Positions 54,250-64,000 of a stretch of 64,000 nucleotides of DNA are shown in pieces. Below the pieces are notes generated by a model that made no database searches, was not told the origin of the DNA, and saw only the letters and a list, made by a program, of their open reading frames with translations. Every line of letters begins with the position of its first letter. Position 1 is the first letter of the stretch. The translations under genes were made by a program, and so were the position numbers. Source of the stretch: Pristiophorus japonicus (taxonomy: Eukaryota); contig NC_091980.1 in assembly GCF_044704955.1 (NCBI RefSeq), forward strand, positions 127,906,001-127,970,000. The letters are read 5' to 3'.

Positions 54250-57200
54250 CCATTCTCAACATCTAAAGGTGGGTGTTTTGGTGCCCTCTCCACAAAATAC
54301 TTTAATTTGCAGGTAGGGGAGGAAAGAAGATAAAGAAGGCTGAATCAGCGCTGGGCCGGAGCGGGGGCGGAGATTCCCCTGCCTCCGCATCCCTCCGGAC
54401 ACAAAAGGCGCCACTCCGGGGAAACGGAGAAGGACCAAGTTCCCTCCGTGCAGAAGGATTTGGTGCCTGGCGTGGGTCCCACGTCCCCAGCACCGGTCGC
54501 AGCGTGCGCCGTAGGCGGGGGGGGGGGGGAGTCTGTCCCTGGGGAGGGTGAGACAGCCAAGGCTGTTCAGCCTGAGCCTCCCGGAAATGGGGAAGACGAC
54601 CTGCCTCTTGCGGGGGCCAAGGGGCCATCAAAAGAAAACATCACTGCTGGGTCAAGCGTCCAGCGGACTGAGGCGGGCAAGGCCGAAGAGGCTAAGTCCG
54701 AGCCCGCCCATACGAACTATGACATCCCCTGGGTTCTGCTCGACCTGTCAGAAAACATTTCTCAAGAATCCCCGCCCGCTGGGTCGGGGGGTGGTGGCAG
54801 GGAGGGTGAGGAACCTCTATCTCCATCCCTGACATTGGCACCGGGTGTGTTGGAGGAACTAGAGAGGTTTTTCTCCCTGGTTTCTCTGTGCACCCTGGTG
54901 TCTGGGATGGGGCGGGGGGGGAGGGTAATCATTCCACTGCTGGCACCCCAGGAGGAGCCCAGTGGGGACTCCTCTGCCATCGATCCTGGGGATTGGATCT
55001 ACCTGTGTGGTTGACAGACTGGCCGCTAGTGGTGACCTCCCGAAGGAGGACGGGGACGCGGTGTTGGGCATGGGAGAGGATTTGAAGTCCACTGCCAGTG
55101 AGGCAGTGGATCTCCTCGTGCCCGCCGCTGAGTCCCCCTCATTCCCGCCAAGGAACTCCGGGATTTTATGGCAGAATACCAGGGTCGCCGCAATAAAGTC
55201 CAGCTGGCCCTGGACAAATGGTCCGAGCCGGTGTTGCTCATCAGGTCCGTCCGCACCGCCGTCAAAATCATAGGCTCGGACAGGGCATTGTCCAAAAAAG
55301 ACAATCTTGAGCTGCGCCGGGTCAAAATGCTGAAGGAGTGGAGGTCATCACACGACTCCGCTTCCTCCCCACAGTAGGGTTAGTAGAGGTTGACTCTGCT
55401 CTTGTCATGAAGATAACCATTGCCAGCCTCAACATCAATGGCGGCAGAGAGGCGTGCCACAGATATAATAACTTTTCGCTCCTAAAGGAGGGGAAATATG
55501 CGGTGTGCTTCCTGTAAGAAACCCACACTGTTCCGGGAGACGAGGCCACGTGGCTCCTAGAATGGTAAGGAGAGGTCCGCATGAGCCACCTCACTGCCAC
55601 TTCTTCTGCGGTGACTATCTTGCTGGCCCCACATTTTCAGCTGGAGTTCTTAGGGGTCAAGAAGACTATGCCAGGCTGCTTTCTCCATGTCACTGCTCAC
55701 CTGGGGGATGTGGCACTCCAATTCGTAAATGTGTACGCCCCTCAGCCCGGTGCACAGCAAGTGCGCCTCTTCGAAGAAGTGTCCACTCTTTTAGGCCCCG
55801 TCGATGTTGGCGACTGCATTGTCCTCGGGAGGGATTTTAACTGCACCTTCGAAGCGAGGGACCGCTCTGGTGCCCCGCAGAGTATGGTGGCGATGGAGAA
55901 GTTGAGGGACCTGGTTGGGTCCTTCGACTTGGTGGACGTCTGGCGGAATCTCCATCCTGACTCCAGCGCCTTCACTTAGGTGAGGCCTGTAAGAGGATGG
56001 TCCAAGAGGCGGGAGGTCAGGGTTGGGCGCCTGGAGAAGGAGGTGTTCGACCTGGAGTTCCGTCTCAATCAAGTGGTAGAGGACGCGGCCCTGTGGACGG
56101 TGTACGAATGGAGGAAGGGCGAGCGGAAGGACCTGCAGCTTGTCAGGTTCCGAGGCGCGTTCATGAGGTTGCGCATCCAGTTCCTCCGGGACCTGGACCG
56201 CGGCGCCCCCTTCTACTCACTGGAAAAAAGACGGGTGGTCCGTAAGCAGCTCTTGATGCTGCTGGCCGACGATGGATCTCTGGTCTCAGATTCGGAGGGT
56301 ATCAGTAACAGAGCCCGACACAATTACAGGGCTCCGTTCTCTCCAGATTCGTCTAGCGAGGAAGCACGCAGAGCTTTGTGGGAGGACCTGCTGAAGGTTG
56401 GCCCAGGGGGTGCTGAAAATCTGGACGCTCCACTAAGCTTGGCGGAACTGACCGTTGCCCTCGACCACTTCTTGACGGGCAAGACCCCGGGGCTAGATGG
56501 GCTGACCGTGGAGTTACACAGGGCATTCTGGGATGTCCTGGGGGGTGACTAGACACGGGTCCTGGGGGAAAATCTGGCGACCGGGGTGATGCCCCTCTAT
56601 TGGTGCAGGGCAGTCATCGTCCTGCTGCCTAAGAAGGGTGATCTCCGCCTCCTTAAGAACTGGCGCCCGGTCTCCCTCCTCAGTATGGATTACAAAATTT
56701 TTGCCAAACTATGTCTGATCGGCTTGGCATTGTGCTGGACTACATGATCCACCTGACCAGTCCTACATGGTCCCGGCCGGACAATCCATGATAACATCTA
56801 TCTGTTTCGGGACCTGTTCCACCATTCCCAAAGGTCTAGTCTGTCGGTCGTCTTACTTTCCCTGGATCAGAAGAAGGCGCTCAACAGGGTGGATCATGAG
56901 TATCTTTTCGGGACTCTGCATGTTTTCGGGTTCGGGACGTATTTCCTTGCCCGGATCTGACTTTTGTACTCCGCCACGGACTTTCTGATTAAGATGAATG
57001 GGTCTTTGATGGCACCCCTTCGCTTTGGGAGAGGGGTGCGCCAGTGATGCCCCATATCCGGCTAGTTATATGCCATATGCGTGGAGCCTTTCCTGCACCT
57101 CTTGTGGGAGAGGTTGACGGGACTGGCTCTGTCAGGGCCAGGCATGGAGGTCGTCCTCTTGACTTATGCCAATGATGTGCTCCTCATGGTCGAGGATCTC

Positions 57201-60200
57201 CTTGACCTGCGTCAGATGCTTGAGTGTCAGAAGATTTATTCGGTCGCCTCCTCCTCCACGATCAACTGGGAGAAATGTTCCAGAGACCTGGTGGGTCAGT
57301 GTTGGGTGGACTCCATGCCAGGAGTTCAGGCCTTTTGCCTGGAGCACAACCCACCTCCTGCATCTGGGAGTCTACCTTAGCCTTGCCGAGGAAGCCTGGC
57401 CGGCGAACTGACAAGAGCTGGAGGCGAAAATCACTGCTTGCCTAGGGCGCTGGACAGGACTGTTCCGAATTTATAATGGGGAACAAAGTACTTTGGTTCT
57501 GTCTGCACGAAGGAAGACACAAATAACGTTTCAGAATTACTAGGGAACCGAGGGTCCAGTGAGGAGGAGGAACTGAAGGAAATCCTTATTAGTCAGGAAA
57601 ATGTGTTAGGGAAATTGATGGGACTGAAGGCCGATAAATCACTCGGGCCTGATTGTCTGCATCCCAGAGTACTTAAGGAAGTGGCCCTAGAAATAGTGGA
57701 TGCATTGGTGATCATTTTCCAACAGTCTATCGACTCTGGATCAGTTCCTATGGACTAGAGGGTAGTTAATGTAACACCACTTTTTAAAAAAGGAGGGAGA
57801 GAGAAAACGGGGAATTATAGACTGGTTAGCCTAACATCAGTAGTGGGGAAAATGTTGGAATCAATTATTAAAGATGAAATAGCAGCACATTTGGAAAACA
57901 GTGACAGGATCGATCCAAGTCAGCATGGATTTATGATTTATGCTTGGCAAATCTTCTAGATTTTTTGAGGATGTAACTAGTAGAGTGGACAAGGGCGAGC
58001 CAGTGGACTTTCAAAAGGCTTTTGACAAGGTCCCACACAAGAGATTGGTGTGCAAAATTAAAGCACATTGTATTGGGGTTAATCTATTGACGTGGATAGA
58101 GAACTGATTGGCAGACAGATAGCAGAGAGTCAGGATTAACGGGTCCTTTTCAGAATGGCAGGCAGTGATTAGTGGGGTGCCGCAGGGCTCAGTGCTGGGA
58201 CCCCAGCTATTTACAATGTACATCAATGATTTAGATGAAGGAATTGAGAGTAATATCTGCAAGTTTGCAGATGACACTAAGCTGGTGGCGGTGTGAGCTG
58301 TGAGAAGGATGTTAAGAGGCTGCAGGGTGACTTGGACAGGTAAGGTGAGTGGGCAAATATATGGCAGGTACAGCATAATGTGGATAACTGTGAGGTTATC
58401 CACTTTGGTGGCAAAAACATGAAGGCAGAATATTATCTGAATGGCGGAAGATTAAGAAAAGGGGAGGTGCAACGAGACGTGGGTGTCATGGTACATCAGT
58501 CATTGAAGGTTAGCATGCAAGTGCAGCAGGCGGTGAAGAAGGCAAATGGCATGTTGGCCTTCATAGCTAGGGGATTTGAGTATAGGAGCAGGGAGGTCTT
58601 GCTTCAGCTGTACAGGGCATTGGTGAGGCCTCACCTGGAATATTGTGTTCAGTTTTGGTCTCCAAATCTAAGGAAGGATGTTTTTGTTATTGAGGGAGTG
58701 CAGCGATGGTTTACCAGACTGATTCCCCGGATGGCAAGACTGACATATTAGGAGAGACTGGATCGACTGGGCGTGTATTCACTGGAGTTTAGAAGAATGA
58801 GAGACGATCTCATAGAAACATATAAATTTCTGACGGGACTGGACAGGTTAGATGCAGGAAGAATGTTCCCGATTTTGGGGGAGTCCAGAACCAGGGGTCA
58901 CGGTCTAAGGATAAGGGGTAAGCCATTTAGGACCGAGATGAGGAGAAACTTCTTCACTCAGAGAGTTGTGAACCTGTGGAATTCTCTACCTCAGAGAGTT
59001 GTTGATGCCAGTTCGTTAGATATATTCAAGAGGGAGTTAGATATGGCCCTTATGGCTAAAGGGATCAAGGCGTATGGAGAGAAAGCAGGAAAGGGGTACT
59101 GATGTGAATGATCAGCCATGATCTTATTGAATGGTGGTGCAGGCTCGAAGGGCCAAATGGCCTATTCCTGCACCTGTTTTCTATGTCTCTATGTTTCTAT
59201 GTCCTACAGGGGTTGAGCGCTAGTTGTAAATCAGCTGGTGGCCGTTATTCTGTCACTTTGACCCCTCCCTCTGCGTTTGTCACCAAAATACAGAAGAAGC
59301 TGGTCGACTTCTTCTTGAACAACAGGAAGCATTGGGTCTCTGCTCTGGTTCTGAGTTTCCCGATTAGGGAGGGCAGTCAGATGTTGATGTGCGTCAGCAT
59401 CCAGCATGCGATTTTCCATCTTCACATCCTGCAGAGATACCTATACGTCGAGTCCCCTCCTAGATGGTGTGCGCTGTTGACATATTTCTTCCGCCAGCAG
59501 TACTGCCTCAATTACGACACGCAGCCCCTGTTTGTGAGCCTGGGGGGCGTCAGGACTGCTGTCCAGGGCTGCCTGTCTTTTACCAGTAACTCACCAGGGT
59601 CTGGAACAAAGTCTCCACCAAGCGCAGCTCTCCACGTCTGGAGTGGCAGCTGTCCTGCAGGAGCCGCTGCTCAGGAATCCGTACCTCCACGACCGAGGTT
59701 TTAGGTAGCAGGCGAACGAGAGGGCTGGATGGCGCCAGGCATGCTGGCGCGGCGCCTAAATTCAGCCAACGTCCGCCGCGCGGCCGAAGCCATCGAGTCG
59801 CTAAAAACAGCGCTGGGCCCTGACTCCATTAGGTGTGTCGAGGAGGCTCAAGCACGTGGGGAGATCCCGTCCGAACTGACCCCCGTCCGGACGGAATTCC
59901 TCATTGGCCCCAAACCCCGAAACCTCCCTCGGGAGCCTGTGCCTCACAACTTGAGCCGCCTCGGGGAAATCCCCTCCGTGCCTTTCAGTTCCGCGCGGAG
60001 GGGTTTCCTGTACGGGCTGCTCCTGCACACTCTCAACCTTGCCATCCTCGCCTGCCGTCCGGACACGCCATGGCGTACCATCTTGCCGTCCGGAGGAGGC
60101 GGGGGTCCCCGATGGAGTACAGTCTACACGGGAGTCCTCCTACTGTTTATCGGGGACTTGGCCTGGAAGGTGGTGCACAGAGCAGTCCCGTGCAATAAAT

Positions 60201-60900
60201 TTTTAAGCCGGTTCACGGGCTCCCAGGCCGCCTGCAATTTCTGCGGTCTGGAAGAGTCAGTGTTCCACATTTTTATTGAATGTACGAGGTTGCAGCCCCT
60301 GTTCCACTATTTAAAGGGGCTGCTCCTCAATTTCTGGCTGCACTTCAGTCCCACACTCCTGATCTTTGGGCACCCTGGGCGGAGGCGAGCGGGTAGGTCC
60401 GAAGGCCTCCGTGTAGGACTGCTCCTGGGCACGGCCAAGGGTGCCATCAGCCAGTCCAGGCAGCGGGCAGTTGAGCAGGTCATTCAGCCTGACTGCCTGC
60501 CTCTCTTCCGCGCCTACATCTGGGCCAGGGTGTCCTTGGAGATGGAGCACGCGGTGTCCACCGGTACGCTCGCGGCCTTCTGCGAGAGGTGGGCGCCGGA
60601 GGGACTGGAGTGCATCATCACCCCCGGCAACCAAATTTTAATTTGATTTTATATGTTTTAAAGTTTAATTTGTTTTAATTGCCGGGTTTTAGTGTCCCCC
60701 TCTCCTTTTATAGGGGGTACTTGTAAATTATGGTTTTAGTGCCCAGGAAAAAAAACAAAAAAAGAAAAAAAAGAAAACTATAACAAATACAAAAAAAAAC
60801 AACAAAAAAACGTAAAAAAGGGCCTGGAAAAATGCTTGAAGTGTTCCCCAGATCGGGGGGCACTTGATTTACTGTTTATTTTGTCTCCTAAAAAGAGTTG
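54250..60900 (+). mobile_element. Near full-length Tx1 (L1-Tx1) non-LTR retrotransposon, decayed; 5' boundary uncertain
   Basis: ORF1 remnants 54448-55377; ORF2 from 55407 MKITIASLNING, NVYAP, DFNC, KTPGLDG, NWRPVSLL, YANDV, CNFCGLEESVFHIFIEC, stop 60646; ends AAAAGAGTTG. Confidence 0.92.
57467..59201 (+). mobile_element. CR1 LINE, 5'-truncated, nested in Tx1 ORF2
   Basis: [34 protein letters not shown]; TTTCTATG tail. Confidence 0.93.
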
Positions 60901-62269
60901 TGAGCCTGGGAGGTGTTTGGACCGCCATGCGGGGGCTGCCTGTCTTTTACCAGGAACTCATCAGGAACAAAGTCGCCACCAAGCGCATTTCTCCCCCGTC
61001 TGGGTTGGTGGCTGTCCTTCGGGAGCCGCTGCTCAGGAATCCGTACCTCCTCAAGCGAGGTGTTAGGTGGCAGGTGGACGAGAGGGCTGTGTTTGGCAAG
61101 GTGACCAGGGACAGGGACCTACTGGATGGTGGAGGAATGGGCTGGCGGGCTGGATGGTGCCAGAAGAGCTGGCACAGAGCCTATCCTGGGCCGATGTCCG
61201 GTATGCGGCCAATGCCATCGAGTCACTAAAAACAGCACTGGGCCCCGACTCCGTTAAGTGCATCGAGGAGGCTCAAGCACGTGGGGCGATCCCGTCCGAA
61301 CTGACCCCCATCTGGACAGAATTCCTCATCGGTGCCAAGCCCCAAACCTCCCTCGGGAGCCGGCGACTCACAACTTGAGCCTCCTCTGGGAAATCTCCTC
61401 CGTGCGTTTCAGTTCTGCGTAGAGGGGATTCCTGTATGGGCTGCTCTTGCACATTCTCCACTTTGCCATCCTCATCTGCTGTCCAGACACGCCATGGCGC
61501 ACCATCTTGCCATCCGGAGGAGGCGGGGGTCTCCAATGAAGTGCTCTCTATGCGGGGGTCCTCCCTTTATTTATTGGGGATTTGCCCTGGAGGGTATTGC
61601 ATGGGGCAGTCCCGTGCAATCGGTTTTTAAGTCGGCTCATGGACACCCAGGCCACCTGCAATTTCTGCGGTCTGGAGGAGTCTATGTTCCATGTGTACAC
61701 TGAACGTGTCAGGTTGCAGCTCTTCTTTCAAAATTTGAAGGGACGGCTCCTCAAATTCTGGTTGCACTTCAGTCCCATGCTCCTGATCTTTGGTCAACCT
61801 TGTCCGGAGGGGAGCGGACAGGTCGGAAGGCTTCCTCGTAGGACTGCTCCTGGGCATGTCCAAGGTGGCCATTAACCGGTCCAGGCTGTGGGCGGTTGAG
61901 GGGGTCATTCAGCCTGACTGCCTGCCTCTCTTCTCCGGTTACATCCGAGCCAGGGTGTTCCCGGAGATGGAGCACGCAGTGTCCAGCGGTACACTCGGGG
62001 CCTGCCGCGAGAGGTGGGCGCCGGAGGGACTGGAGTGCATCATTTCAACCGGGAACAGAATTTTAATTTGATTTAATTTGATTTGATTTGACAAAGGTTC
62101 CCTTTAGGTTCAATTGTTAATTTGTGTTTTTGGTGCCCTCAAAAAACAAGGGGGCACTTGAATTAACGTTTCTACCAAAATAGTTGTCAAAGTTAATTTG
62201 ATGAATTTGTCGGTTTTAGTGCCCCTTGAGTAGGGAGCACTTGATTTATTGTTCCACACAAAATAGTTG
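60901..62269 (+). mobile_element. Second Tx1 copy (3' 1.4 kb), head-to-tail with the first, abutting ferritin copy 3 promoter
   Basis: Homologous to 59530-60900; CNFCGLEESMFH, EGLECIISTGNRILI; ends AAAATAGTTG. Confidence 0.9.
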
Positions 62270-62547
62270 AAGAAAGTTAGGATAATTGAGATCCTCATTG
62301 AGTTGTCAGCCAATGATGCTCAGTCTTCAAAGATCTGACTGGCTCTGGGAGTCCATCTCCCCTCCTCCCTTTAGTTAATTGGTGCTCTGAGAGGCTGCAA
62401 CTTCTGATTGGGTATTAAGGACTGTCACTCATCATCTAGGCTGCCACGCCCTGTATTATCCAGCAGTTTAAATACAGGAGTTTGTAGGTTGTTAAATCTT
62501 AGGTTAGTGTTTTAACAAAGGTTATATATTTTTTTTAAAGAATAAAG
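62270..62547 (+). promoter_or_regulatory. Ferritin copy 3 promoter/5' UTR
   Basis: CCAAT, two ATTGG, GCCACGCCC; TATA variant TTTAAAT at 62467. Confidence 0.7.
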
Positions 62548-63855
62548 ATGGCTTCTCAAGTGTGTCAGAACTACCACCAGGACTGTGAGGATGCTGTCAA
62601 CAAGCAGATCAACATGGAGCTCTATTCCTCCTATGTTTATCTCTCTATGGTGAGTTTTGCATTTCAGATCACTTCACAATGGAGACTATGTAATGTGAAT
62701 TTACTCAATTCTGTGCTGTATCCAACCCACCTATTCTGAGTATCTTGAATGACTTGCTTTCCTGGGCTCTTTTGAGATTGTTGAAGTTTATTTGGAATAC
62801 ATGAATACATTCTGCACTCAATGCATTGAATTCAGAATTTGTATCCTCATTCTAAATCACTCCATGGACTTTCCCTACCTTGCTTTTGCAATAGGGGATG
62901 TAATAAAATTAGAGCTAGGACATTTAGGAGAGAAGTCGGAAAATGTTCTGAACTTTTTTTTTCCCTCCCTCCCCAAAATAAAGACTTTGCTGCTGGGCCA
63001 AGGTTTATTACTGGGTAAGGGTATCAAAGGATTGTTTCCATGACTATGTACATGTAAGTTCAGTGTAACTTTGAATCCTTGAAAGAAGGCAAAATATTGT
63101 GGTTGGCTTTAAGTCAAGTACACATGATGCTGGGACAGTCATAGAATATCCAGCTACTCTTCTGATCTCTCTGCAGTCCTTCTACTTTGGCCGGGATGAT
63201 GTTGCCCTGTGTCACTTTGCTGAGTTCTTCAAGGAACAGTCACATGAGGAACGTGAGCATGCTGAGAAACTGATGGAATTCCAGAATCGCCGTGGAGGCC
63301 GCATCATCATGGTGGACATCAAGGTTGGATTCAATAAAGGAGTGGCCTTCTCTCTCTGTCCCCTTGGACTGATTGTTCCCAGTACATGCTAAAGCAATTG
63401 GTTCCAATTTACAGCACACAGGCCATTTGGCCAAACTGGTCTTTGCCACTGTTTATACTCCATCGAACCTCCTCCCACCTTGCTTCATCTCACCCTATCA
63501 GCATATTCTATTCCTTTCTTCCCATGCACTTGCCTAGCTTTGCCTTAAATATATCTATGCTTTTTGCCTTATCAATGATTCCAGTGGTTGTGATAGAATA
63601 TAAATTTGCCATTAAGCTCACATCGGTTCATAACTTACACTTTTCACTGCACCTCTAATTTCTTGAAATATGTTCTAATGTTTGTTTCATCCAGTGTCTG
63701 TGAACTGGTACAATTTTCTTTCTTTCCAGAAACCAGAGCAGGATGAGTGGAGCAATGGTCTGGAGGCCATGCAGAGAGCTCTGCAGATGGAGAAGAATGT
63801 GAACCAGAGTCTGCTGAATTTGCACAAACTCTCCACTGGGAGCACTGATCCTCAT
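62548..63855 (+). CDS. fth1: Ferritin (heavy chain B / middle-subunit-like), copy 3, exons 1-3 (exon 4 beyond window)
   Basis: Exons 62548-62649, 63177-63323, 63730-63855, GT-AG, open frame MASQVCQNY.../[14 protein letters not shown]...SHEEREH/KPEQDEW...TDPH; symbol tentative. Confidence 0.93.
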
Positions 63856-64000
63856 GTAAGTTGATTTTAACATGGGCTTTTGGTTAAGTTGGAGGTTGTG
63901 GAACCTTGCTGTGCTTGGGTGTAATTAAGAGCTCTATGCCCAATAGCTTTGTGTTGGTGTCTTGCAATGTTTTTTTTTTTTAGGAACAGTGGGAAGGGAT

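Noticed and set aside
54049-60909. 14-bp direct repeat AGTTGTGAGCCTGG at 54049-54062 and 60896-60909 as Tx1 TSD
   Set aside because: The right copy is explained by the element terminus (AGTTG) plus internal Tx1 sequence, and the left flank is not Tx1 ORF2; cannot be supported
62548-63864. ORF-track entries 62548-62739, 63099-63392, 63682-63864 as separate small proteins
   Set aside because: They are ferritin exons reading into introns

Overview
Eukaryotic, repeat-saturated vertebrate DNA, most likely from a cartilaginous fish (inferred from the repeat families, not proven). The host content is a tandem, birth-and-death cluster of 4-exon ferritin genes (heavy-chain-B/middle-subunit type). It has two complete copies (17265-18969, 38170-39841), a third running off the window end (62548-63855+), and four relics: an orphan exon 4, an upstream-only unit, a promoter-only unit and an inverted 3' end. 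None of the copies has a canonical iron-responsive element (IRE). At the IRE position sits an IRE-like sequence that refolds into a different cap-proximal hairpin. The rest is nested retroelements: two retrovirus-like LTR families with tether + second RNase H (one with a tRNA-Ala PBS, in-frame UGA between gag and pol, and a spliced env-like ORF, i.e. lokiretrovirus-like), Ty3/Gypsy elements, CR1, RTE, Penelope and Tx1 elements and tRNA-derived SINE heads. There is also a tRNA-Gln pseudogene and a relic 5S rDNA repeat unit. All retroelement ORFs are disrupted. Coordinates were counted by hand, and TE boundaries are approximate unless a junction is quoted.
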